From a virus, in the IMG/VR virus record IMGVR_UViG_3300012363_000003, positions 1 through 63,410 of that record: DNA of 63,410 nt, one strand, 5' to 3'. The notes beneath the pieces were generated by a model. The model was not told the DNA's origin and did not search any database. It was given only the letters and a program-made list of their open reading frames with translations. Made by a program: the position numbers and the translations under genes. Below are positions 34,359 through 44,560 of this stretch, in pieces (position 1 is the first letter of the stretch; each line of letters starts with the position of its first letter).

Positions 34359-35042
34359 TTACCTCGTTAAGAACCTCGTGCGGGCATACTTCCTGACGAT
34401 CCTCTGTACATCCACAGGCCAAGTCTTTAGGAACTTCTCCCTAACCCCACCCGTCTCTGCCACCAGATCGGCATAGTTGGTGTCCCTCATCTTGTAGTAA
34501 AAGATGGCGAGACGTATGCAGGCACGGCTTATATCCTCTGGCACGCCTGGGTAGGTCTGACCCGTGATGATGGGCTGTCCGAATATGCCCTTCACCGTGT
34601 AGTTCTGGTTTCCTTTGACGAAGGCCAGCCCGCTATTTCTGGTCATCTTCCTTGCAGACACGCCAGAGGCCAGGTAATTATTAGGCTTCAGAATAATGTC
34701 GGCAGTGATATCTGTCGTGACTGGTGTGCCTGTGATCCAGATACCCCCGCTGGAGAGGAAGCTATTCACTGCTGTCTCGAACACGGCTCCGGCAGTTGTG
34801 CTGAAAAGGGACACGAGGTCATCAATCGCCAGGAAGTCCTCGCCTATCCCGTCATAGAGGCGTGTGGCCGGGGTGCCCGAGGTTCCGTCTTGCTGGAATG
34901 AGTAGCCTATCTCAGCGTCCAGGTCCATTTGAGCCTGCGTGATGCTCCTCCCAATGAAGGTATCATCCGTGTTGCCTAGGTTGGGGTCCAGAAACAGCTT
35001 CACATCACCAGTCGTGCAATATACCTGTGTACTCCAAGCCAT
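34359..35042 (-). CDS. Head-tail connector/adaptor candidate (227 aa)
   Basis: First gene after the major capsid gene. Confidence 0.45.
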   Translation of the reverse strand: MAWSTQVYCTTGDVKLFLDPNLGNTDDTFIGRSITQAQMDLDAEIGYSFQQDGTSGTPATRLYDGIGEDFLAIDDLVSLFSTTAGAVFETAVNSFLSSGGIWITGTPVTTDITADIILKPNNYLASGVSARKMTRNSGLAFVKGNQNYTVKGIFGQPIITGQTYPGVPEDISRACIRLAIFYYKMRDTNYADLVAETGGVREKFLKTWPVDVQRIVRKYARTRFLTR

Positions 35043-35089
35043 TCAAGCCCCCTGGAGAGGTATGATGCCCCCCTCCAGGCAGCTATAGC

Positions 35090-36088
35090 TTAGAACACCT
35101 TAGCGCAAGTGATAACTACTGCACGTTCTGGATGCAGGAGTTGGATGTCGAAGTCAGCGAGGACTCCGAAGCGCCGTCTGCGTCCCAGGTCGTAGAGGGT
35201 TGGGTCAACGATCACCTCTGGCCGACGCTTGTACGCGATAGCCGCCCAGCGAGGAGCCACCATGATATTCTTGACCACTGAGATCGAGTTCTCTGTGAGG
35301 GCTGCGTTACCCGTCGCACCAGGGAGGTAGTTGGAGAGGATAAGGCGCACACCGTAGACTACCCCTTGATCGCCATTCAGCAATCGCTCGGGAGCCGCAT
35401 ACCGCAAGTCTTGGCGGATATTGGCATCCATGATGAGTGACTGGAAGGCGTCAGGAGACAGGAAGAGCCAGTAGTTACCGTCTGGGAAGGGAACGTTGTC
35501 ATACTGCTGGAGCTTGGCAACGGCCTTGGAGAGTACATCTGCACTCATCACGTCCGTAGTAACCACGTTCGCGCTTGTGTGGCCGAGTGGGTAGAGTACG
35601 GGGATTGTGGTCAGTGTTGCGCCGCCGAATGGAGACTGCGAGTTAGGCAGGCCCGCATTGGCTGTGGCGTTGTACAGAGCCGCAACGTTGGTCTCGATAC
35701 GGATGCTCATAGCGTAGGCGAGGCGGTCGATGAGGGCCACCATACCGTCGTACTTGATCCTATCGAGAGCCTTACGAGTGACCTCAACCAGCTTCCCAAA
35801 TTCGGCTGGGGTGAGTGAGACTGAGGCGGCGTTCGAGATGGCGTATGGGGTCTGGTCGGTGCCTTCTGTCAATGCATCAGCAGCGACGATATCGGGGAGG
35901 GCTGGGATGTAGACTTTATCGCCTGCACCCGGAACCAGGAGGTCAGTGTTCACCAACAAGGACTGTTCCAATACTGCCCTTCGGCGCAGGTTCAGTTCCA
36001 TGAGGCTGGCCCATATTTGGGGGATGAGCGCCTGGAGGTTGGCAACACTGGTAGCCTTTTTGATTAAGGCATCGGTAGCCAAAGACAT
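35090..36088 (-). CDS. Major capsid protein, HK97-fold type (332 aa)
   Basis: Assigned by size, position after protease and scaffold, and the N-terminal motif LIPQIWASLMELNLRRRAV typical of this capsid family. Confidence 0.75.
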   Translation of the reverse strand: MSLATDALIKKATSVANLQALIPQIWASLMELNLRRRAVLEQSLLVNTDLLVPGAGDKVYIPALPDIVAADALTEGTDQTPYAISNAASVSLTPAEFGKLVEVTRKALDRIKYDGMVALIDRLAYAMSIRIETNVAALYNATANAGLPNSQSPFGGATLTTIPVLYPLGHTSANVVTTDVMSADVLSKAVAKLQQYDNVPFPDGNYWLFLSPDAFQSLIMDANIRQDLRYAAPERLLNGDQGVVYGVRLILSNYLPGATGNAALTENSISVVKNIMVAPRWAAIAYKRRPEVIVDPTLYDLGRRRRFGVLADFDIQLLHPERAVVITCAKVF

Positions 36089-36194
36089 AGGGGTTACTCC
36101 GTAGGGTCTCGGACTTGAGGAGTTCCTCGACTCCGAGAGGTGAATAGGGAAGGAGGGGTCTCGGACTCACGTAGGGTCCTCGACTCGACGGGAG

Positions 36195-36665
36195 TTACTC
36201 TGCTTCGCGCTGATCCAGGATCATTCCGCTTGACAGGGCACGATAGGTCATTTCCCAAAGTATACGCTTTTCAACATCGTCATAGTCGGGGTCCTTGCCA
36301 GCGGAAGCAGCAGTACGGCCCTTCTTGAGCAGGTAGGCCACAGGGTCGGCATCGCGCTCGTCCTCTGGTGTAGCAATGGTGCTCTTACGCAGACCAGTCT
36401 TGGCAAGAGTCTCATCACTCTCAAGGGCCTTCTTCACTGCGGCTGCCATCTTGTCTTCGAGGTGCCCCAGCAGCGTCTCAGCCATTGTTGTCTCCAGGTT
36501 TTTGCCAAAGGTGTCGAGAGCCATGTTAATTTGTTCCCTCGTCACATAGCCTTTCCTGAGAGCATCTTCTGCCTGTTGCGCTGCGGCCTTTTCAGCAGCC
36601 ACCACAAGCAACTGCTCCAGCAAGTCCTTTGGCTGTTCCTGAGTTTCTTTCTTATCTTCAGGCAT
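36195..36665 (-). CDS. Scaffolding-like protein (156 aa)
   Basis: Acidic, helical and Ala/Glu/Lys-rich. It lies between the protease and capsid genes. Confidence 0.45.
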   Translation of the reverse strand: MPEDKKETQEQPKDLLEQLLVVAAEKAAAQQAEDALRKGYVTREQINMALDTFGKNLETTMAETLLGHLEDKMAAAVKKALESDETLAKTGLRKSTIATPEDERDADPVAYLLKKGRTAASAGKDPDYDDVEKRILWEMTYRALSSGMILDQREAE

Positions 36666-36724
36666 GTGTGTTTCCTTGGCAGCCTTGGCCGGGGGTACCC
36701 GGGTATGGGGGCTGCATTAACTAG

Positions 36725-37519
36725 TTACTTAAAGTAATCAACAAATGTTTTTCGTTGCGGGAAGTTCTGGCGGTAGTAATCGTTTTGTTCGTCCAGGCTA
36801 GCTTTGATAACCCTTTCAGCAGCTTCCCTGACTCCCATAGCCTCAACTGCCACATCAATGACCATTGGGTTCGCATAGAGTTCCATCAGGTTGATCTCCG
36901 GCGTGTACCCTTGGGCCTTAGCAATCCGCATCGCCGCCTGGTTATTAACCGGGAAGCCAGTCAGTGTTACCTCTATGAGTGGATCAATAGCACCAGGCTC
37001 AGAGAAGTGCCTTCCGCCATCCGGTTGGTCCTTCCACTTTATGGGCATTCCAATCCAGGAGAAGTACCTGACCGTGCCCTTCATAACCCCAAGTCCGGCT
37101 TTCTGATCGTAGATGTTTGCCAGGCCATACCATCCAGTTCCACCATCGAAGTGCTTGAACTCTACTCGCTCGTGGAGAGGGTTATCCGCTGCCTCTATGA
37201 TATTGCCATCCCGTACCAGCACAGCCTTCTGTAGAAAACCCACCGGCAGGTATCTTGTGCCATGCTCCACGCTGATGGGTGCCCCGCCATCCATATATGC
37301 CTTGAGTGCCGGACTGAAGCTCTCCGGCTCTAGCATGTCTTTGTCGAGGTCCTTATTGGGTTTGCTGATCCACCCCTCGGACTCTATCGAACCATCATCT
37401 AGCACCCTGGCCTTCATCATGGCTAAAGAAGAAGAGAAGACGAAGGACTTACCCATCGGCACCCCAGGCTTGCGAGCTTTCGATAGCAGGTAGTTGATGG
37501 CCTCTTCAGTCGTGAACAT
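36725..37519 (-). CDS. Prohead protease, HK97/S78-like (264 aa)
   Basis: ISVEHG (His), FSWIGMPI (Ser) and EVTLTGFPVNNQAAM motifs. It lies after the portal gene. Confidence 0.55.
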   Translation of the reverse strand: MFTTEEAINYLLSKARKPGVPMGKSFVFSSSLAMMKARVLDDGSIESEGWISKPNKDLDKDMLEPESFSPALKAYMDGGAPISVEHGTRYLPVGFLQKAVLVRDGNIIEAADNPLHERVEFKHFDGGTGWYGLANIYDQKAGLGVMKGTVRYFSWIGMPIKWKDQPDGGRHFSEPGAIDPLIEVTLTGFPVNNQAAMRIAKAQGYTPEINLMELYANPMVIDVAVEAMGVREAAERVIKASLDEQNDYYRQNFPQRKTFVDYFK

Positions 37520-37812
37520 TAGAACCTCTCATTGCTCCAGAATGGTGACGCCTTCTGGGATGCGGGTACAGAGCAACCGTGGGACCTGGCATAGCTCTTG
37601 ATGCAGCCGAGGGAAGGATGTCCATGACCGGATAATGCCAGATGAAATGCTGCTCCTACGTGTTCGCATCCGGGTCCGAGGGGGTAAGACTCGTGTGGCC
37701 CGCAATGGGTCGTGGCTGCATGGCGTTCGGCGGCTGTGATAGACTTCCAGTAGGGTTGGATGTCCCTCCGCTCGTTCCACTTCAACACCTTGTCTACATA
37801 TTGCTCAGTCAT
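37519..37812 (-). CDS. Hypothetical protein (97 aa)
   Basis: ORF in the array. Confidence 0.45.
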   Translation of the reverse strand: MTEQYVDKVLKWNERRDIQPYWKSITAAERHAATTHCGPHESYPLGPGCEHVGAAFHLALSGHGHPSLGCIKSYARSHGCSVPASQKASPFWSNERF

Positions 37813-38054
37813 GATTTATTCTCCAACAGGCCATTCTCCCAGGGGTATTGTTCCTCGACCTGCCTCTGCCCTTCTTCATAGCAATCGGCACACCACATAA
37901 CTTTAGGTCCCTCAAGGTATTCCGTGGGTCCTTTAATAAGCCAATCGCACTTAACGCATTTGCCTTCTCGTTGGCCTGTTTGTATCAGGTCCTTCAGGTA
38001 GTGCCGCCAGCAGTAGATTACTTGCTTGTGGACTCTCCAGTATGGTCTCTTCAC
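37809..38054 (-). CDS. Cys-rich small protein (81 aa)
   Basis: CVKCDW...CADCY pairs; ORF in the array. Confidence 0.45.
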   Translation of the reverse strand: MKRPYWRVHKQVIYCWRHYLKDLIQTGQREGKCVKCDWLIKGPTEYLEGPKVMWCADCYEEGQRQVEEQYPWENGLLENKS

Positions 38055-39652
38055 GGTCCCGATCCTAACTGGCGGGCTATCTCACTCGACGCGCCTCTAT
38101 TGTGCCCATTGCCTGTTTGCTCGCCTGCTCCACTCCTGGTCGGGCCACCAGCGGAGGAGCGTACTCTGATCTGTGAAGAACCCTCTGGACCGGAGAGACC
38201 CACCGCCGTAGATGCACCCTCAACCGCAATGACCTCTTCAGCCATCTTGCGTACCATGTCTACGGGTATCCATGCATTACCAGTGAATATTAAGGACTCT
38301 TCGCCACCTGGGATACTGGTCAGCCCCTTGCGGTTCCTGATCTCGTTCGGCTTGAGAATGCCCATCTTCTGATAGTTCGTGTCGATCTGGCTCATCAGGA
38401 AGTCGTCCCGCGAGTCGATCTCTTCGTAGTAGAACTCCAGGTCCGTGTAGCCGAGGGTGTTCCAAAGCAGCTTTCTGGTCATGGTCTGGCAAATCTCGTC
38501 CAGGAGTGGCTCGATGGCTCTCTTCTTGAAGGTGAAAGATAAGTTATACCCATTCGACCGATTAACGTCCTGGCTCTCCCCTAGCTCCTGCATGGTCACA
38601 CCGAGAATGCCCATGATCTTCATGCGGAACTCTTTGAGAAGCTCTACGGCCTCCAGGTCCTTCAGGTGGTAGCCGAAAGGTATCCACTTGGACCCAGCAC
38701 CCTTGGAGCCGGTCATGAGGATGCGGTTGCCTGTCTTGCCCTGGTCATTCCAGTTAGCAATCGCCGCCTTTAGCTCGGTCTCGGTCACATCCCCTAAATC
38801 AAAGACGCCAAACGGGATGTTGGAGTCCGTAAAGCGCTCGGAGATAAACTGCATCATCGTGTCTTCCAGGATTGCAGCAGTAAACAATTGGACTATCCTG
38901 GAGTGTGGGTAGACGGACTCTGATATGGGATTGAGCGAGAAGAGCATGACCTCCTCCGGCTCCCACCCATGTAAGCTGGTCCCAGGTGCAGCGTTGGCAT
39001 CTATCGAGGTTGCACTAGAGCCGCCGTAGTTCGGAGCAGATGGGTGCGAGGTTACTCCCATATTCATACCCTGCGGGAACTCGTACATGCTACTACCATG
39101 GGGCTTCCCGATGATTGGCGTGCCTCTGGCGTCAAGCATGTCGTAGCCCCGGATGTACCCGTGCTCATCGAAGTCAATACGAAGGCGGGCTGAGTCCATC
39201 ACCCACATATCAGGGCTTTCGGGGTCGTCGGTAGGGACCAGTTCCACAGCCCCATACCCGAATGTGATGATGTCCCGCATTAAGGTCAGGATAAACTGCC
39301 GCTTGGTCTGGTCATCGTTTGGCTTCTGGAGTATGCGGCGGACTTTCCTGGCCTGGTTCTTGGGTACGGGCTTGGCAGGGTCTACATTCCGTATATCTAT
39401 CTTGACCCCACCAGCAAAGTCCAGGATGGCATTCATACAAGCAGCCGCCGTAGGAGTTCTCAGCACGACTTCCCTCATACGTGGCCGGGAAATCAGACCT
39501 GTTGCGTCCTGTGCCACCTGCTCCGGGTATGGCTGGCCCCAAAGCGGAGAGACACCGAGAGCAAAGCCCGAAACCGTCCCGCGCCCAGCAGAAGACTCAT
39601 TCCTTTGTGGTGATATGAGCGTTCTGAGAGCCTTAGTCAGTAGGTTTGGCAT
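38051..39652 (-). CDS. Portal protein (533 aa)
   Basis: Assigned by size and by its position directly downstream of the large terminase. Confidence 0.75.
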   Translation of the reverse strand: MPNLLTKALRTLISPQRNESSAGRGTVSGFALGVSPLWGQPYPEQVAQDATGLISRPRMREVVLRTPTAAACMNAILDFAGGVKIDIRNVDPAKPVPKNQARKVRRILQKPNDDQTKRQFILTLMRDIITFGYGAVELVPTDDPESPDMWVMDSARLRIDFDEHGYIRGYDMLDARGTPIIGKPHGSSMYEFPQGMNMGVTSHPSAPNYGGSSATSIDANAAPGTSLHGWEPEEVMLFSLNPISESVYPHSRIVQLFTAAILEDTMMQFISERFTDSNIPFGVFDLGDVTETELKAAIANWNDQGKTGNRILMTGSKGAGSKWIPFGYHLKDLEAVELLKEFRMKIMGILGVTMQELGESQDVNRSNGYNLSFTFKKRAIEPLLDEICQTMTRKLLWNTLGYTDLEFYYEEIDSRDDFLMSQIDTNYQKMGILKPNEIRNRKGLTSIPGGEESLIFTGNAWIPVDMVRKMAEEVIAVEGASTAVGLSGPEGSSQIRVRSSAGGPTRSGAGEQTGNGHNRGASSEIARQLGSGP

Positions 39653-39664
39653 TAATCGGGCTTT

Positions 39665-41125
39665 CTATGCATCTAAGTTGGCAAAAGGATCGTAATTATC
39701 ATGGATTTCGCGGTTTTGGGGTGAATTTTGGCTGAAATCCTTAATTCCGCCGAGGAAAAAGCCTGTGTAGTCGGGTCTAGAGGCTAATTTGCCGGCGAGG
39801 GAGAGACTCATTACATAGTCGTCATGCCCGGTCTTGGCTTCCATCTTGAGGACCTTCGCTGGGGTGAACTTGTACTGGAAGTGTTTAAGCTCATCAACAA
39901 GTTCACGGATCAGAGGGATGGCGATACGGTGCTCATTGAAGAGTCGAACCAGGCCATGCACTATGTCGTATTTCGCCTCGTTTCCTCCAAACTTGTATCC
40001 CTCAGCCGATATGTCCTCAAGGTCTTCCACAACACTCTCTCCCAGCGAGGTGGCATCAACGAGTGTTCTGGCTGAGTTGTAAGCATCGTAGTTAGCTCTT
40101 GTAACCGCCTTGTATGCAGCATAACCCTTTTTCTGCATCCTGTCGTGTCGAACCTGCACTGCAAGGCGTGGATCAGTCGTGTCCAGGACCGTCGCAACGA
40201 AGTAGTCGCGTATGTTCGCCAGGTCAGTTCCTTGCACATACCGATGCCCCCTCTGCACCCCCACCGGGTACTCTATTCGGCCTTCCTTCGTCTGGTATGG
40301 GTAGTTCTCGTATGCCCACTTGATGTCGGATGAAGAGAACACTGCGAGGTCCGAGTCAGCAAACTCAGCCAGATATTCCGTTTTCCAGAGGAGGCTATCT
40401 TCGCCGTACCGTTCTCGTATTGCAACCAGACGCCCTTTATCTGCATACGGGTTGTCAAGCGCCGTGAAGTGGAGGGCCTTTGACTTTCCTGATGTATCCT
40501 TCTGAGCCGCCATGTACCCGTCCTGGAAGTCTCCTTCACCAAACGGAGTGGATATGCGGATGATCCCTGCGTGCTCCTGCGTCGAGGTGACGTTGAACAT
40601 CGGCTCAATTTCGCGGCTGTGTATTCCATCTTTGAAGTATGCCGCCTCATCCTCGATCAATAGGTGGACCAGCTTACCACGGAGGTACTTAGGAGAATTG
40701 GCCCCCCTGCCGTGTACGTGCGAACCGTTGGCTAGCTGGATGTGGGGGAAGGGGAAGTCTACGGGCTTACTCTTCAGCATGACCCGCAGTGGCCCGGAGA
40801 AGTGCCTGTCTACCTCGTCATAGATGATCCTGGCCTGGTCGAGGGAGGGGGCGACTATGTAGACATGACGGTTGGCGAAGTGGAGGACGTACCACACAAC
40901 CAGCCAGGCAAGCAATACGGACTTCCCGAACTGCCTGCCCGCCATGATAACCAGATCGAAGACCCCGGACACAAAGGCGTTGAGGATTGCTATCTGTGCT
41001 TCGTGGGGTTGGATCGGGGTTCCGTCCGGCCATGTGAGGAAGGTCGTGATGAAGGTTACGGGGTCATCAAACGCGGGGTCAGTGGGTTTGAGTTTACCTG
41101 CCGACCGCCATTTGGTCGTCGCCAC
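39665..41125 (-). CDS. terL: Terminase large subunit (486 aa)
   Basis: Walker A AGRQFGKS, Walker B LLIEDEAAY and a C-terminal nuclease-type region. Confidence 0.85.
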   Translation of the reverse strand: MATTKWRSAGKLKPTDPAFDDPVTFITTFLTWPDGTPIQPHEAQIAILNAFVSGVFDLVIMAGRQFGKSVLLAWLVVWYVLHFANRHVYIVAPSLDQARIIYDEVDRHFSGPLRVMLKSKPVDFPFPHIQLANGSHVHGRGANSPKYLRGKLVHLLIEDEAAYFKDGIHSREIEPMFNVTSTQEHAGIIRISTPFGEGDFQDGYMAAQKDTSGKSKALHFTALDNPYADKGRLVAIRERYGEDSLLWKTEYLAEFADSDLAVFSSSDIKWAYENYPYQTKEGRIEYPVGVQRGHRYVQGTDLANIRDYFVATVLDTTDPRLAVQVRHDRMQKKGYAAYKAVTRANYDAYNSARTLVDATSLGESVVEDLEDISAEGYKFGGNEAKYDIVHGLVRLFNEHRIAIPLIRELVDELKHFQYKFTPAKVLKMEAKTGHDDYVMSLSLAGKLASRPDYTGFFLGGIKDFSQNSPQNREIHDNYDPFANLDA

Positions 41126-41663
41126 CCGGCTCTGCTCCGTTCCCCATCACACCAGGCCCACTACTGTACGAGTCCTGCAAGCCCTGTGGCGCTGGACCAC
41201 CGTAGAAGCCAAGGCCCTGCATGGAGTCAATACCCTGCGTACCTACACCATTCGGCGCTGCTGGATAACCCTGGTTCGGGATGGCTCCAACAGGAAGGCC
41301 AGCCATTGATGGACCGAGACTAGTACCGCTCTGCTCCCCACCATTAAGCTGTGGCACGGGGGCGTACATCTCCTCGAAGCTATCAATCATGTGGAAGCCC
41401 GCCGAAGAAGCCTCAGCATTCGTGTCAATCCCCGGACCTTCTAGCACGCCCATGTTCATACCAGCAGGCACAGGGTCCACAGAGGCCATCTCACGCATGT
41501 CAGACCCATCCAGCCAGCCTGCCTCTTCATGGGTGGCCCCAAATGGCATACGCACACCCTCGGGATCGGTTCCTATTGGTGCCTGCCAATGCATATCCTC
41601 GCCTGTCGCGTCGAAACCGGCCTCAACACTTGCGTCATCCGGCCCCGGTAACTGTACTCCCAT
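41094..41663 (-). CDS. Gly/Pro-rich low-complexity protein (189 aa)
   Basis: ORF upstream of terL. It does not resemble a small terminase. Confidence 0.4.
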   Translation of the reverse strand: MGVQLPGPDDASVEAGFDATGEDMHWQAPIGTDPEGVRMPFGATHEEAGWLDGSDMREMASVDPVPAGMNMGVLEGPGIDTNAEASSAGFHMIDSFEEMYAPVPQLNGGEQSGTSLGPSMAGLPVGAIPNQGYPAAPNGVGTQGIDSMQGLGFYGGPAPQGLQDSYSSGPGVMGNGAEPGGDDQMAVGR

Positions 41664-41847
41664 TTAACTCATCCTTTACTAACTTCTTGAGTTCTTCTAA
41701 AAGTCGCGGTATTTCGTCCCTGTGGATCAAGGTATCCCCGCCAGTGTCATCACGAAGAGTAACAAACCCATCATCATAATCGGGGTGGACATTTGGAACG
41801 ACCAGCCATAACTCTTCTTCCTTTATGGTGATGTACTGATCGGTCAC
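41635..41847 (-). CDS. Hypothetical protein (70 aa from GTG 41847)
   Basis: GTGA overlap with the upstream stop. Confidence 0.4.
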   Translation of the reverse strand: MTDQYITIKEEELWLVVPNVHPDYDDGFVTLRDDTGGDTLIHRDEIPRLLEELKKLVKDELNGSTVTGAG

Positions 41848-42317
41848 TTGACACCCAGGCACTTGCTGAGGGTTGCTGGAGTGACTAGGTGTACGTCCAA
41901 GTCCAGCCCGCAAAGTTCCACGCCCCCTGCCTTCACCAAGAACTCTGTACACATGGCCGAGCAGTCGTAGTGGCCTGGATTGATAAAGTAGAAGAACTTA
42001 ACGAGCGGATTGATGTTCGTGAAAAAGTCCACATACCCGTAAGTCGTGTGTTGCCGTACCAGTTCCTTGAGCCACGCCACCGCAGTAATCATGTCCTTGG
42101 CGTCCGTGTCCTCTACGCTCTTCGAGTAAGACCAAACCGCAGCATCTTTGAGGTCCAACGGCTTCTCGATAACCCCATCAATACCGGACTCGATCTGCCT
42201 GCCCCCACCAATGTCCACTGCGGTGTGAGAGAAGCGTGAGTGTGTCCAGAATGAGATCGCCCAATTGATGAGGTTTCCTGACTTGCTCTTATCATAAAAG
42301 ATAACATCACCTAACAT
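41844..42317 (-). CDS. NlpC/P60-superfamily, YiiX-like permuted papain-fold hydrolase (157 aa)
   Basis: GDVIFY...SRFSHTAVDIG (His) followed by HYDCSAMCTEFL (Cys). Confidence 0.45.
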   Translation of the reverse strand: MLGDVIFYDKSKSGNLINWAISFWTHSRFSHTAVDIGGGRQIESGIDGVIEKPLDLKDAAVWSYSKSVEDTDAKDMITAVAWLKELVRQHTTYGYVDFFTNINPLVKFFYFINPGHYDCSAMCTEFLVKAGGVELCGLDLDVHLVTPATLSKCLGVK

Positions 42318-42374
42318 GCATCTCTCTCCTTTGTATCGCCCAGCATCCCTATCTCCTTATATTAATCGGTCTCG

Positions 42375-42680
42375 TCAGCTTCCTACTACTTCACCATCCG
42401 CAGACCAAAGGAACTCCGATACTGGCAGGTGCATCCGACAACCCACACAATACGTTGCTCCATAGAATTTTGGGTCCCTCGCATACGTAGATGACAGGGC
42501 CTCTCCCATTATTGTTTCCACCCCACAGCGCTGGTGTATATACTTGTTCCTGAATGGCCGCACAAACCCCTTGACTAGCTCTTCTTCGGACAGCACCAAG
42601 TAGACCTCGTGTTGCTGCTGTGGTTCGCTATCAACACCGTGTCCGAGTCGTGGGTCTTTTGGGTCAGTAGTAAGTGCCAC
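42375..42680 (-). CDS. Hypothetical protein, first gene of the late operon (101 aa)
   Basis: GTG start after GAGGAGATAGG; contains HQRCG and CVGC. Confidence 0.5.
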   Translation of the reverse strand: MALTTDPKDPRLGHGVDSEPQQQHEVYLVLSEEELVKGFVRPFRNKYIHQRCGVETIMGEALSSTYARDPKFYGATYCVGCRMHLPVSEFLWSADGEVVGS

Positions 42681-43878
42681 CCTATCTCCTCGTCTGGTTT
42701 CTATCCTTGGCTTACGCTCAGGCTAAAGGTCCTATCTCACGGGAAATAATCAGGGAGTATTGTTCACGCAGCCCCCTCGCCCATTAAGCCTTACGACCCC
42801 GATAGCTTCTGCGACTTCCCGGCTAGCCCACTCATCGTGTTGGGAAATAATGGCTGGACTGTTTAACGTGATGCAGCCACATGTCCACGATCTACCAGCA
42901 GACTAGACTTTATCCGCCATAAGGAGTGGAGCGGGTCTACCGATTAAGAGATAGCTGGTCTCTTGGTAAAGCTGCCCATGCGCCTGGAAAACTCCTCCTT
43001 TTACCTCCCCTGAAGAGTCACACTGGCAAATACTCGGGGAGCCTTTTTACGTGCTATCCCCACTTATGGCCTGAGTACACGATTTCTACTAGTATCCTGA
43101 ACGAGGTCAACCGGAAACCCCCAAGAGCATACCAGCCGAAATATCCACCAGCAGACCAGGACATGATCGTACTGGCAGAAGCTAGCTGGCGTTATAACGT
43201 GTAGGCACCCCACGATCTACCTGTTCTTCTCAGCCTAGATATACGCCGACAGAACGAATATATCCTTGGCTCAGAACGGCACATGTCTCTGTCACACGGC
43301 CTGGCAAATATCTGGCGCGGGGATGGGGGTCCCTTAGACCCGAGGGGGCTTCGGACCAGAGGGCTTTCCGCACGCCAGCCGGAGAGAGGGTTCGTAAGTG
43401 AGTCTCATGCCCGCGAATGGACCGTACTTAAACTCGAAACTCTGCAAGGCTATATACCTTTACCTACACATACATTATACCATTTCTATAACCTATTTTT
43501 AATTACACTAGAACCACCTATAATCCCTAGTTTATTCAGAGAAATAAGAAAAGGAAAGGAGCCGATTAATATGTGGGGAGGGGGAGAGAGTATGGGCGAG
43601 CCTGCGTGGGAGTGGTTCTAGAGGTGGTGGTATTTTGAGAGACAAGTACCGGGGCGGTCGGCGCGGCAAGCTCAGCAATACCCGCATACCGTCTGCTTGC
43701 TTACTGTGGCTCTACAGGCTGGTCCATGGCATACTTATCGCCTCAACGGATGTGCTTATCCAGCTAGCGACCAGTGTACTGTGGACTGGCCCTGGGAGCG
43801 GGTCGGTGGCGGGCTGGAGCTTGAAGGCGTGATAGCACTATTATCAAACACATCACTGCTATGCTTGCTTCCATCGGC

Positions 43879-43906
43879 TTGACAGGCTGTGGGAGTGGCA
43901 TATCGT
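43879..43906 (+). promoter_or_regulatory. Sigma70-like promoter candidate
   Basis: TTGACA, 16-nt spacer, TATCGT. Confidence 0.3.
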
Positions 43907-44531
43907 GGCAATGGTAGAGCTTAATGCTATGGATTGGCTTCGGACCTACAGTATGGCTCTACAGGCTGGTTGAGAGGCAGTATCCTGAGAAGTGGGCTTG
44001 TGGCACTGTGGCCTACACACTGCAAGGAGGTGCTGTGATAGAGCAGCAGCATGTAACCGTTCCTATATAGGCATATGACATGAATGGTTGAGCTTATTGC
44101 CAGTATGCCTGGAATAGCTCACTAGAGACACGTAGGACAGAGACGATTAATAAGACTGCTACCAGGCATAGCTAGCATCACCCCTGCCTTCCCTATCCCC
44201 GCATATTAATCGGTTGCCTCTCTCTATTCCCTAGCAGCACATACTTGACAGATAGCAAAGGGTATAGCAGGAATATACCAATATGTAGCATAGATACAAC
44301 ATGTGCTCAATACTCGTGTAGACCAGCCTGAGAAGCGTGTTCCAGCGATTTAGGCAATTCTAGAATTCTAGTCACTACTGGTACTTATGTATGGCTAGGT
44401 CCTATGCTATTGATGAGCTTATTCCGCAATTGCTAGAATGAGGTCTGGAGTGGCTTTACACATCAAACCAGGACTAATTGGCTATGCAAACAGGACCTCT
44501 AAAGCATAGGAAAATAGTACCAATGGTCCCC

Positions 44532-44560
44532 TTGCAATAACTAGAATTTTCGCCTATACT
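44532..44560 (+). promoter_or_regulatory. Sigma70-like promoter candidate for the rightward early arm
   Basis: TTGCAA, 17-nt spacer, TATACT. It would give a leader of about 400 nt before the first CDS. Confidence 0.5.

Noticed and set aside
42926-43621. Track ORFs 42926-43204 and 43283-43621 (also 43635-43832, 43697-43882 and 44789-45055 on the minus strand) might be genes filling the control region.
   Set aside because: They lack a correctly spaced RBS (the GTG at 42926 overlaps its AAGGAG). Their composition is atypical (Pro/Leu/Arg-rich). One runs straight through the AT-rich promoter block, and they overlap each other. They remain possible but unsupported. Only the 16-codon ORF at 43571 has a convincing initiation context.
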